Virus record (IMG/VR): IMGVR_UViG_3300043466_001519
Span: 49,986 to 113,985 of that record
Direction: 5' to 3' (one strand)
Length of the DNA stretch: 64,000 bases
From: a virus
Taxonomy: Duplodnaviria; Caudoviricetes
This document shows positions 10,087 to 19,885 of the stretch, in pieces. Below the pieces are notes generated by a model. That model was not told where the DNA came from. It ran no database searches and saw only the letters and a program-made list of their open reading frames with translations. The position numbers and the translations under genes are program-made. How positions within the stretch are numbered: the first letter of the stretch is position 1; each line of letters starts with the position of its first letter.

Positions 10087-10952
10087 TGAAAAGAGAAATT
10101 ACAATAAAGATAACACAGACAGGTCCTAATACAGGACCTTTCAGTGTTTACGATAATTATAATAATCTACTAGATGAAAATGTAAGTAGAAAACAGTTAA
10201 TTAAAGGTAGGACATATCTAGTAGATAATGAAGTAACAAATGTAAGACTAGTATCAAATGGAGAATGTGGGTTTGAAAAAACCTTTCCATTAAGAGAAAT
10301 TCCTTATTTAGAATATTCTAAGAGTGGATATAAACAAACTAAAACTGCTTGTTTGTGGAAACATTTAACCAACACGCAAATCTATAATTATTTTTATGGA
10401 AATATAAAACCATACGTAATAGAATATCCATTTGCTTATCAATTCCAAGATGAGATATTACAGAACGTTAAAGACTATACAAAAGCGTATGAATACATAA
10501 GAAATCCATATGAAGCATATGATAGTAATTTAAAAATTGAAACAAACGACAAATGGTTTAATAAAGCTATTCTATATAATGGACAACAGAGTTCTGGAAT
10601 ATTAAATCTTGTTGCAAAACCACTTCATAACTTACAAGCATATGGACAATATCCAATATACAATACAGACAGTAAAACAATCACTTATACAAAGAGTGAT
10701 AACTTCTATCAGTATAATACATTCTGGGCTTTAGAGAAGAGTTCTCAGGTTCCATTGTTTAGATCATCATGTGAGTCTATGTCAATAGATAAAGAAGTGA
10801 ATCAAGAGAACATGGACTACGGATTGAGAAGCTTTAAGAAAGCAACATTAAGAGCAAAAGAATTGAAAGTGAGACACATTCTTGATAACTCATCAACAGT
10901 ACATTTAGTGTCTCAATTTATATTAACACCTGCACAAATATCTTATAAATAA
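10086..10952 (+). CDS. C-terminal part of split tail stabilisation protein, fused to GPF module
   Basis: ATG overlaps previous stop (TAATG); begins ITQTGPNTGPFSVYD; contains LWKH..YFYG and FNKAILYN..QSSG. Confidence 0.65.
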   Translation: MKREITIKITQTGPNTGPFSVYDNYNNLLDENVSRKQLIKGRTYLVDNEVTNVRLVSNGECGFEKTFPLREIPYLEYSKSGYKQTKTACLWKHLTNTQIYNYFYGNIKPYVIEYPFAYQFQDEILQNVKDYTKAYEYIRNPYEAYDSNLKIETNDKWFNKAILYNGQQSSGILNLVAKPLHNLQAYGQYPIYNTDSKTITYTKSDNFYQYNTFWALEKSSQVPLFRSSCESMSIDKEVNQENMDYGLRSFKKATLRAKELKVRHILDNSSTVHLVSQFILTPAQISYK

Positions 10953-12784
10953 TGAATAATGGTAAAGTAAAATGTACATGCGGATGGAGCTGGAACAAAT
11001 CTGATTCTAGTAAGAAAGACATGTATGTATGTCATGAGTGTGGTAGAGATAATTCTAACAACATGAAAAATGGTGGTTGGTTAGATAGCTATGCTGATGG
11101 TGGATCTATGCAAGAACACCAAGAGAACTATAATGATAATTCTGTTTCTTTACCAGAAGGATATGTAGGTGAAGGATATAATACCAAAGGTAGAGATTAT
11201 TCTCCTGCATGGGGAGGGCAGTTTCAAATGGGTGGATCTGTATATCCAGTTAATTATGTTCCTCAAGCACAAATGGGTGGTTCTATTCCAGGAGCTGTAG
11301 GTTTCTCATATGCACGTACAAACAATCCTGCTCCAAGCAATGGTCCTTATGCAAAGAAAACAATGGCTAGTGCACAGAATGGAACTGTTAAAGAATCTAC
11401 TTCTGTAAATAGAGATAGAAGAATTCCTTCAGTAAAAGATGTTATTAAAAAAGTTCCAGGTACAAAAGCTTACAAAGATGTATATGGAAACTTATTAGAA
11501 AAAGATGATGATGGAGTTTATAAACCTCGACAAAAAGAAAAAGAAGAAGTTAGAAAACATGTTCCTCAATCTAAATTATCTAAAGCAAAAGAAATAGCAC
11601 TTAATCCAATGACTGCTGCAGGATATAAAGTGAGAAACGAAGATATTCCTGACAATTTTAGTTCAGGAGAAAGAAACAATCTTGATACAGCTGTTGATTT
11701 TATTAATCCTGTATATTATGCTGAGTCTGCAAAAAATCTTGCAGAAAGTCAAGGACAAGTGTTTAGTGATTTGTCTGAAGGTAACTTTGGAGATGCTGCT
11801 TTAAATCAAACAATGGCAGGTGTAGAAGCTCTTAATTTTATTCCTATAGCAAAAGGAGCAAAACCATTTGTTCAAAAAGGAATGAAACAATTAGGAAATA
11901 TTAAAACAAGTATATCTCCTGAGTTAAGACAAGGATTAAGAGCTAATGGATTTTCAGAAATTTTTAAATCTAAACCTAAATCAGAAATAAATTGGGGAAA
12001 TTGGAATAAAGAAATTCCTGATAATCCTCAATTAATGAAAGAATATGATGCGATAGAACAAACAACTAAAGCTAATGGCAGTTGGATGAAGAATCCTGAT
12101 GGTTCTGCTTTTCAAGGAACGCCTGAACAATTTGTACAACAGAATAGTGAGAATTTTAAAAAAGCTTTTGGTAATACAAAAGTAAGAGATGTAGATGGAA
12201 ATATACAAATAGCAAACCACAGTACAAATGCAGAGTTTGATGAATTTGATTTAAGTAAATTTGGGACATCTACAGATGATGGTTTTTATGGAAAAGGAGT
12301 GTACTTTCATCCTAAGACCAACAACGTAGCACTATACGGAGATAAAAATATCAATGCTTACTTAAACATTGAAAACCCAATGCCAAAGGATATAGTACCT
12401 TATTTTGGAAGAGAAGGAAAAGGATCTTTTTGGAATGAAGACTATACAAAACAGACGGTGGTAGATGATGTAAGCTCCCTATGGAAAAATAAACACGATG
12501 GGGTAATAACAGACCACCTTGAAAAATACGGAGATTTTAACTCAACAGAATATGTAACAAACCCTAAAAATATAAAATCAGCAATAGGTAATAATGGAAT
12601 GTTTGATATGACTAATCCTAATATATATAAATCTGTATTACCAATAGGTTTAGGATTAGGAGCAGCTTCTCAAATAGAACAAAAGAAACAAGGAGGAATA
12701 ATTAAAGATGATAGAGGACAATGGGCAAAAAATAAAAAAAATTTACTACCTTTACAATCTAACTGGTTAAATAAATTTGAATAA
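10952..12784 (+). CDS. cargo/ejection protein with ADP-ribosyltransferase-like (ART-PolyVal) domain
   Basis: N-terminal CxC..CxxC, several xxxGG motifs; NHST..F..F, GVYF, AYLNIENP, HDGVI, EYV, NIKSAIGNNGMFD. Confidence 0.65.
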   Translation: MNNGKVKCTCGWSWNKSDSSKKDMYVCHECGRDNSNNMKNGGWLDSYADGGSMQEHQENYNDNSVSLPEGYVGEGYNTKGRDYSPAWGGQFQMGGSVYPVNYVPQAQMGGSIPGAVGFSYARTNNPAPSNGPYAKKTMASAQNGTVKESTSVNRDRRIPSVKDVIKKVPGTKAYKDVYGNLLEKDDDGVYKPRQKEKEEVRKHVPQSKLSKAKEIALNPMTAAGYKVRNEDIPDNFSSGERNNLDTAVDFINPVYYAESAKNLAESQGQVFSDLSEGNFGDAALNQTMAGVEALNFIPIAKGAKPFVQKGMKQLGNIKTSISPELRQGLRANGFSEIFKSKPKSEINWGNWNKEIPDNPQLMKEYDAIEQTTKANGSWMKNPDGSAFQGTPEQFVQQNSENFKKAFGNTKVRDVDGNIQIANHSTNAEFDEFDLSKFGTSTDDGFYGKGVYFHPKTNNVALYGDKNINAYLNIENPMPKDIVPYFGREGKGSFWNEDYTKQTVVDDVSSLWKNKHDGVITDHLEKYGDFNSTEYVTNPKNIKSAIGNNGMFDMTNPNIYKSVLPIGLGLGAASQIEQKKQGGIIKDDRGQWAKNKKNLLPLQSNWLNKFE

Positions 12785-12785
12785 A

Positions 12786-13472
12786 ATGGTAACACAAGAT
12801 TATAAATATCAAACTATAGAAGGTGTAGTAAACAAAAGATGTTCAAGATGTAGAGTTTTTAAACCTATTACTTTTGAGTATTATGCTAAAGGACAAGATA
12901 GTAAATATGGAATTAAATCACATTGTTTAGAATGTAACGACAAGCCTAAATTTAACTTTCCTAACTTTAATGAAAAAGGGTTATTATTTTGTAGAAAATG
13001 TGAAATATATAAAACTGAAGAGGAGTTTCATACACAAAAAGAAAACAAGCATAGAAATGGTAAAACTAGTCATTGTAAACAATGTAATAATGATTATAAA
13101 ACTAATTTTAGAAAATCTACAAAAGGTGAAGACTTAGAGAGACATTTAAGTAAAATACTTTCTACATGTAAACTTAGAAGCAAAAAATTAAAATTATCAA
13201 GTTTTGAATTTGAATTAGATGTAAATTTTTTAAAACAATTATTTAAAACACAAAATAAAAAGTGTAAATTATCTGGACTAGAAATGACATATATTATTAA
13301 CAATGGTAAATCCATATATAATATTTCTGTAGATAGAATTAAAAGTAATAAAGGATATACAAAAGACAATGTACAGTTAGTTTGTAATCAAATTAATACA
13401 ATGAAAAATTCTTTAGAAGAAGAGGATTTTTTATTTTTTTGCAAAACAATAGTTAATAATTATGAAAGGTAA
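12786..13472 (+). CDS. HNH (His-Me finger) homing endonuclease with Zn-finger repeats
   Basis: Multiple CxxC pairs; SVDRIKSNKGYTKDNVQLVCNQINTMK; ATG 12786 preferred to TTG 12777. Confidence 0.85.
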   Translation: MVTQDYKYQTIEGVVNKRCSRCRVFKPITFEYYAKGQDSKYGIKSHCLECNDKPKFNFPNFNEKGLLFCRKCEIYKTEEEFHTQKENKHRNGKTSHCKQCNNDYKTNFRKSTKGEDLERHLSKILSTCKLRSKKLKLSSFEFELDVNFLKQLFKTQNKKCKLSGLEMTYIINNGKSIYNISVDRIKSNKGYTKDNVQLVCNQINTMKNSLEEEDFLFFCKTIVNNYER

Positions 13473-16400
13473 AGTTAGTAATACAGGGTATAAAAAAAAT
13501 TCTAAAGATAAGAATAATGATTACAACATTATTCCTACTAACAGAATTACTATGAAAAATGTTGATTTTCCAGTTTTAGGAATATCTGATAAGAATGATG
13601 TAAGAGTAATGTATCCAGGAGAAGAACATTTATTTGATGGAAACTCTGTTTTAGAATATCGTATGGCAAAAAATGGAATTAATCAACAAGATCAAAAAGT
13701 TGATGAACAATTAAAACAATTAACTGATTTTTCTAATAATCAAATGAATATTGGAGGAAATATAAAAAAATCATATAATATGAAATCAGAATTTCTTAAA
13801 ATAGCAGGAGTAAAAAGTGACTCTGCTTTTTACAAAAAATATCCAACTGAAGCAGCATTCTTCAAAGCTCATCCAGAAGCTAAGAAAATGATAAAGAAAG
13901 CACAACAAGGAGCAATGATGTCAGGTATGAGTTCTTATTTGCAAGGAATGCAAGGAATGAATAATCTTCCTAACATGCAGAACATGATGCAAGGACAAAC
14001 ACAATCTGTTGGTGTAAATGCTGGAATGTTTAATGGTCCACAAGTTGACAATAGTGTATCTACAATTAATGCTTCTACATTAGCAGATGATAAGTCTGGA
14101 TACGCTTCTCCTGGAGGGCCTAACACTAATGTTGGAAAAATGAATAACATTGGAGATCAAGTTAGCAAGTTCGCTGGACCAGCTGGAGAACTTATTTCTG
14201 GTTATCAAAACTTAAGAGCAGGTAGAAGAGCTAAAAAAGAAGCACAGAAATGGGCAAATGTTACAGATGTTCAAGCAAGAGCAGCTGAATCTACAGATGT
14301 TGATGACTTAAGACAATACACTGAGAATGCAAGAAAGAAAGCAAATGCAATGATGCCTGAAATGACAGGTGAAGAATTCTTTCCTGTATATGGTGTAGGA
14401 ACAAATGTTCTTGCTAGAAATGGTGTTAGGTTACAAGAAGGAGGAATGGTTGGTGGTAACCCAACAGAGATACAAAATACATATGAAGGAGGAAATGATA
14501 TTTATTCAGATCTTGAATATGAACCATTGTATAATGTAAACCAAGTTAAATCATATAGAATGGGAGGATACCTTCCTAAAGCACAAGGTGGAGCAGAAAT
14601 GTTTGATCCATCTAGTATGATGTCTTCAATGGGTGGAGCTAGTGGAGGAGGAACTCCATGGGGAGCAATTGGAGGAATGGGTTCTAGTCTTGCTGGTAAT
14701 ATGACAGGAAATGATGGTGGTGGACAAATTGGTGGTGCTATTGGTGGTGCTGCTGGTATGGCTATTGGTGGTCCAGCAGGACAAGCAATTGGTCAAACTG
14801 TAGGTACACTTGCTGGTGGATTACTTGATACAAATGATAGAGATCAAAGAAAAGCTGAAGCAAAAACTAAAAATAATATGAATAGAATCATGGCTTCTCA
14901 ATTCAAAGATTCTGTTCATTCACAATATGGATCTTATATGAGAAATGGTGGATACATGAATCCTGAATACAATCCACAAGTGATCACAATGTTTGGAGAT
15001 GTTAATGATCAAGACTTTGCTGATTTTGCACATAAAGATGAATTCAGAGCTGGTGGACATTTAAAAGCTTATAGAGAACCTAGTGAAAGAGCTATGCAAA
15101 CTTATGCTATGGGTGGTGAACTTCAAACGCATTGGGGTGGATATGCTGAACCTATGTCTGAAAATCCATACCTACCTGGTAGTGGAGAAACTGTAATGTT
15201 CAGAGGAAAATCTCACGATGAGTCTGATGGAAAAGGTAACACTGGTATTGGTATTACATATGGTGATAATCCTGTAGAAGTGGAAAGAGGAGAACCTGCT
15301 GTAAAACTAAAAGATGGATCTTCAGGAGAAGAAAGTCTTGTTGTATATGGTAATTTAAAAATACCTAATCAATACATAGATTTATTAGGAGATCCTAAAG
15401 CTAAAGGTAAGAAATTTAAAAACTATATAGCTGATCTTTCTAAAACAGAAGCTAAGCAAAATAAACTTATTGAGAAATCAACCAATGAGTTGAATAGTCT
15501 TGATGTAAAAAATTCTTTTGATAGATTAAAACTTTCTGCATTAGAAGCAAACATTAAAGGAGGTAACATGAAACTTAAAGACATTGCTAATAAGAAAATA
15601 AAAGCTGCTGATTTACAGAATGCTATTAATGATACAGCAGAAGAATATGGACTTGTTGCAGATGATCTTGCAAGAGGTAAAGCAACAGTAGATAAAAAAG
15701 CTATGAAAGAATATGCTAAGTTTGGAAAGTCTATTCCAAAAGCACAATATGGTTTAGAAGTTTGGGAAGGTAATAAAACTGGCTTAGGTAAAAAGACCGC
15801 ATCTGAGTTTACATTAGATCAATGGAATGAAGTAGCTAAAAAATATGGATTCAAAGGACAAGGTAATTTAGAATTTCAAAAATTCTTAATGACTCATCCC
15901 GAAACTTCTAAAATAATTAAAGCTAGACACAATATGTTATATGGAAAAAATCCAGAAACAGATCCTGAATTATATGATTCTAAATTAGGAAGAGGATATG
16001 CTGCTGCTGAATTATTAGACATGCCTTCAGTTCGTACTGAACCAGAAAAAAGAAAAAATACACCAGCTAAAGAGGAAGTAGATGAATCATTTGAAACAGT
16101 TCCTTATAAAAGAAGTGCATTGCTAGATATATTTGGACAAGTGCTTCCATACATTAGACCAACAGATCAAGAAGAATTAGATCCACAACAATTAATGGGA
16201 GAGATGTATGCTATGTCAAGTAATCAATTAGAACCTGTACAAGCAACACCATACACTCCACAATTAAGAGTTCCTTATGATATATCATTACAAGATCAGT
16301 TGAATGAAATAACTGCTGATCAAAGAAGTGCTCAAAGAATGATGGGATATAATCCTGCTGCTCAGGCTAATCTTGCTGCACAAACATATGGTGCTAAATC

Positions 16401-16974
16401 AAAAGTGTTAGCTGATCAGTTTAGAATGAATCAAGCTATGAAAGATCAAGTGTATTCTGGAAATATTGCAACATTAAATGATGCAGAGTTAAAGAATTTA
16501 GAAATCTATGATCAACAATATCAAAGACAAGAACAAGCTAAGAGTAATACTAAAGCTACAGCACAGGCTGCTCTTAATTCTGTTGCTGATAAATATGCTA
16601 AAAACAAATTAGAGAATAGAACATTAGGTGTTATGGAAAATATGTATAATTATAGATATGATAAATCTGGAAGAGCTGTAAACATGAATGCTCCTTTCCA
16701 ACCAAATATTCCTTATATATATGGAAATGATGGTAAGCCTACTCATAAGATAATTTATGCTAAAGATAAAAAAACAATATTAGGATATGAACCTGTTGGT
16801 AAAACAACTAAAATTCCATCAAGTGCAACTTCTCCTATAGCTCCAGAAGAAAATGTTGATTCAGAAAGTTATTCTCCAATAGATGAAGATGATATAATGT
16901 ATCAAGAAAGAAATGGTGGAAAAACAAAAAAGAAAAAATATTCACAAAGTTCAATTGTAAGAGCTTTTAAATAA
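13462..16974 (+). CDS. cargo/ejection (internal virion) protein
   Basis: 1170 aa; Gly-rich hydrophobic segment, many xxxGG motifs, G.SH..GIG...VEVE.GE motif, Gln-rich coiled coil. Confidence 0.7.
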   Translation: MKGKVSNTGYKKNSKDKNNDYNIIPTNRITMKNVDFPVLGISDKNDVRVMYPGEEHLFDGNSVLEYRMAKNGINQQDQKVDEQLKQLTDFSNNQMNIGGNIKKSYNMKSEFLKIAGVKSDSAFYKKYPTEAAFFKAHPEAKKMIKKAQQGAMMSGMSSYLQGMQGMNNLPNMQNMMQGQTQSVGVNAGMFNGPQVDNSVSTINASTLADDKSGYASPGGPNTNVGKMNNIGDQVSKFAGPAGELISGYQNLRAGRRAKKEAQKWANVTDVQARAAESTDVDDLRQYTENARKKANAMMPEMTGEEFFPVYGVGTNVLARNGVRLQEGGMVGGNPTEIQNTYEGGNDIYSDLEYEPLYNVNQVKSYRMGGYLPKAQGGAEMFDPSSMMSSMGGASGGGTPWGAIGGMGSSLAGNMTGNDGGGQIGGAIGGAAGMAIGGPAGQAIGQTVGTLAGGLLDTNDRDQRKAEAKTKNNMNRIMASQFKDSVHSQYGSYMRNGGYMNPEYNPQVITMFGDVNDQDFADFAHKDEFRAGGHLKAYREPSERAMQTYAMGGELQTHWGGYAEPMSENPYLPGSGETVMFRGKSHDESDGKGNTGIGITYGDNPVEVERGEPAVKLKDGSSGEESLVVYGNLKIPNQYIDLLGDPKAKGKKFKNYIADLSKTEAKQNKLIEKSTNELNSLDVKNSFDRLKLSALEANIKGGNMKLKDIANKKIKAADLQNAINDTAEEYGLVADDLARGKATVDKKAMKEYAKFGKSIPKAQYGLEVWEGNKTGLGKKTASEFTLDQWNEVAKKYGFKGQGNLEFQKFLMTHPETSKIIKARHNMLYGKNPETDPELYDSKLGRGYAAAELLDMPSVRTEPEKRKNTPAKEEVDESFETVPYKRSALLDIFGQVLPYIRPTDQEELDPQQLMGEMYAMSSNQLEPVQATPYTPQLRVPYDISLQDQLNEITADQRSAQRMMGYNPAAQANLAAQTYGAKSKVLADQFRMNQAMKDQVYSGNIATLNDAELKNLEIYDQQYQRQEQAKSNTKATAQAALNSVADKYAKNKLENRTLGVMENMYNYRYDKSGRAVNMNAPFQPNIPYIYGNDGKPTHKIIYAKDKKTILGYEPVGKTTKIPSSATSPIAPEENVDSESYSPIDEDDIMYQERNGGKTKKKKYSQSSIVRAFK

Positions 16975-17047
16975 CAAATTTAATTATAAATACTTATGTG
17001 ACGTGGAATATTTATATTGTATTATATAATTATTTCTGTTACATTTG
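16972..17047 (+). promoter_or_regulatory. promoter with upstream quasi-palindrome
   Basis: TAACAAATTTAATTA 16972-16986; ATTG-N20-TACATTTG (17040-17047). Confidence 0.6.
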
Positions 17048-17063
17048 CTAATCAATAAATATT

Positions 17064-19883
17064 ATGGCAAGTTTTACTGACTCGATACCTCAATTTAACC
17101 CTTACGTGCAACAATTACCTGTAGAGGCAATGGTTCAAGTAGGTATGTACAAACAAAAGCAATATGATGAGGGAATACAAAAAATACAAACTAGCATTGA
17201 TAATATTGCTGGACTTGAAGTTAGTAGAGATGTAGATAAAGCTTATTTACAATCTAAACTTAATCAACTTGGTAGCGATCTTAGAACAGTTGCTGCTGGA
17301 GATTTTTCAAATTTCCAGTTAGTTAACTCTGTCAATGGAATGACTAATCAAATTGTTAGAGATCCAAATGTACAAAATGCTGTTAGTTCTTCTGCTAAAC
17401 GTAAAAAAGAAATGCAATTGATGGAAGAAGCTCGTAAAAAAGGTGAACTTAATCCATCAAATGAATATGTTTTCAAAGTTAAAGATAGTGCTTGGATGGA
17501 TAGTACAGAGTTAGGTCAATTTTATAATGCTCAATACACTCCATATTTTGATACAGAAAAGCATATAAGAGAGTCATTTAAAGGTTTAGAAAAGGATGGT
17601 GTAAGTGTTGATCAGATATTTCAAACTGATGCTAATGGTAAGATTATGATGAGTAATGGACAGCCTGTACTATCTCCTTATATGAAAAGACTTAAAAAAG
17701 AAGGAATGTTTCCAGAAAAAGTGAAAGCTACAATTGAACAAGCTTTCTCTGATGGAAGAGTAAGCCAACAACTTTCTATAGATGGACAATATACATACAG
17801 AGGATATCAACAGGAAACATTAGGACAAAAAGTTTTAGAAGATAAAGATAAAATAATGACTCAATACGAAAATGAGCTTCTTGATTTAAATCTTAAAAAA
17901 TCTTTTGGTGCAAATGTGAATGATCAAATAGATGAAATGGTTGAAAAAATGAAAGGGATAGATAAATCATATAATGATTTATATAATTCTGCATTTGACA
18001 ATCCAGATGCAGTTAGAGGAATGATTTATAAAGATGATGTTAAAAGAAGATGGACCTCTATGTATAGCAACATAGTACAAACAGAAGAAGTTGTTGATAG
18101 TCCTGCTTATAAAATGAGATTTGATGAAGAAAAAGAATTACAAAGAAGAAGAGAGAAAGCTTTTGATCAACAATTAGAAGTTAAGAAATTTGAAAGAGAG
18201 GATTACTGGAAAGATAAAAATTATAAATTAGATGTTCAAAAAGCACTAAATGAATCTAATAAAGGAAAACCAGGAAAAACAGGAGGAGTAACTGGAACAG
18301 GATATGGAGATCCTACAAGTGGAATAGAAAATCCATATGCAACAGATAAAGATAACCAAGCTATTATATTAGCAGAAAATAAATATAACACTGCTGCAGA
18401 TAGTTATAATTATAATAGAGATGAATTCATTTGGAAAACAATTTATAACACTGGTAAAAATGCTGATGAGAATAATGCTAGAGCTCAAAAAATTGTTGAA
18501 GAAGGAAGAGCAAATGGAAAAGATATAACAATTCAACAAGCTAGATCTATAATGATAGATAGAGCTGCTAAAAGAGATAAACAAAATCCTTACGAATTCA
18601 GAAGAAAATGGTTTAATGAAGCAGAGAAACGAGTAAATGATCCAAAGAATACATTGAATTCAGATAAATCAGTGATGAACTTGTACACTTCTACAATGAA
18701 AACAAAAAAACTTTGGGAAAGTGAAAAGTCATTAAAAGACGAAAGAGATAAAGTTGAATTAAATACATTAGATAGAATAGGAGCATCAGAAGAGTTTAAA
18801 AATTTAAAAGATGAAACTATTGATTATAGAGGACAGAAAGTTAAAATTACTAAACAAGATCAAATTGATATTGCTGCTTATATTGCAGGAAAAGAAAGTG
18901 TTTTGTATGGATTAGATTCTTCAGATGTTGAAATACAATCTGCAAATTTAGCAAAAAGAAGACTTGATAAAAAAGGATTGGGAGATATTGCTGAGAGATA
19001 CTTACAAATTAATAGAATGTATAGCACATCAAGTGGTCCTATAGATTTTGGAGTGGGATTAGTTAGTGAGACAGCAAGTGGAATTGTAGATTTATTTAAA
19101 GGAGGAGGAACTGATGATTATGGATTAGATAAAAAAATTAAAACATTAGTAAAATCTGTAAAAGAAAAAGAATACACAAAAGCTTATGCATCTAAAGCGT
19201 CTGTAGCTAGAGCTCAATATAACATTGCTCCAAATAAAACATTCAATCTTATGAGTGATGATAAAGGTACTAATGATTTACTAAGATCTGATTTAGGTAC
19301 AATTGCTTCTACATTTCAAACAGGAGGTAAGAATCAGAATCTAGCTTCAGATGATGAGTTTAAATCATTTATTGCAGACATTAAAGATGAAGATGCTACA
19401 TTTACAATAACCTCAGAAGTAGATGAAGCAGGTAATCCTGTAACAGCAGTTGTGTCTATCGATAAAGATGGTAAACCTTCAGGTAGAATGGTTTTAAATC
19501 CTGATCAATCTACTAAGTTAGGTTATGATGTAAACATGATGTTTGAAACAAATGAGGTTACAGCAATGAAATCTATAATGAACAGTAGAGGAGGAAAAAC
19601 ATGTTTTGGTGAACCATATGACATTGATACTTATTCAGTAGGAGATAATGCATATTATGATTTACATGCAGGAGATTTTCCAAACGTTAAAAATAAAAAT
19701 ATTACAGTTAAAGGAAACGTGTTAGAACAAGATGGTTTATATTTTGGTTACATTTATGTAAACAATGGTAACTCTGAACCAAAAGTTAAATCTCTTCCAC
19801 CTTCTGATAACTTATCAACATTAAACACTGCAATGCAAACTGTAGTGAACGATCAATTTATACAGTCTATTTTAAAAGAATAA
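17064..19883 (+). CDS. cargo/ejection protein (crAss-like internal virion protein)
   Basis: FNPYVQQLP...KQ.QYD N-terminus, helical; directly upstream of the virion RNAP. Confidence 0.65.
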   Translation: MASFTDSIPQFNPYVQQLPVEAMVQVGMYKQKQYDEGIQKIQTSIDNIAGLEVSRDVDKAYLQSKLNQLGSDLRTVAAGDFSNFQLVNSVNGMTNQIVRDPNVQNAVSSSAKRKKEMQLMEEARKKGELNPSNEYVFKVKDSAWMDSTELGQFYNAQYTPYFDTEKHIRESFKGLEKDGVSVDQIFQTDANGKIMMSNGQPVLSPYMKRLKKEGMFPEKVKATIEQAFSDGRVSQQLSIDGQYTYRGYQQETLGQKVLEDKDKIMTQYENELLDLNLKKSFGANVNDQIDEMVEKMKGIDKSYNDLYNSAFDNPDAVRGMIYKDDVKRRWTSMYSNIVQTEEVVDSPAYKMRFDEEKELQRRREKAFDQQLEVKKFEREDYWKDKNYKLDVQKALNESNKGKPGKTGGVTGTGYGDPTSGIENPYATDKDNQAIILAENKYNTAADSYNYNRDEFIWKTIYNTGKNADENNARAQKIVEEGRANGKDITIQQARSIMIDRAAKRDKQNPYEFRRKWFNEAEKRVNDPKNTLNSDKSVMNLYTSTMKTKKLWESEKSLKDERDKVELNTLDRIGASEEFKNLKDETIDYRGQKVKITKQDQIDIAAYIAGKESVLYGLDSSDVEIQSANLAKRRLDKKGLGDIAERYLQINRMYSTSSGPIDFGVGLVSETASGIVDLFKGGGTDDYGLDKKIKTLVKSVKEKEYTKAYASKASVARAQYNIAPNKTFNLMSDDKGTNDLLRSDLGTIASTFQTGGKNQNLASDDEFKSFIADIKDEDATFTITSEVDEAGNPVTAVVSIDKDGKPSGRMVLNPDQSTKLGYDVNMMFETNEVTAMKSIMNSRGGKTCFGEPYDIDTYSVGDNAYYDLHAGDFPNVKNKNITVKGNVLEQDGLYFGYIYVNNGNSEPKVKSLPPSDNLSTLNTAMQTVVNDQFIQSILKE

Positions 19884-19885
19884 TA

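Noticed and set aside
12730-13470. Group I intron around the HNH (also considered for the other three endonucleases)
   Set aside because: Flanks are too short and no P/Q/R/S core elements are visible; the genes are directly coupled
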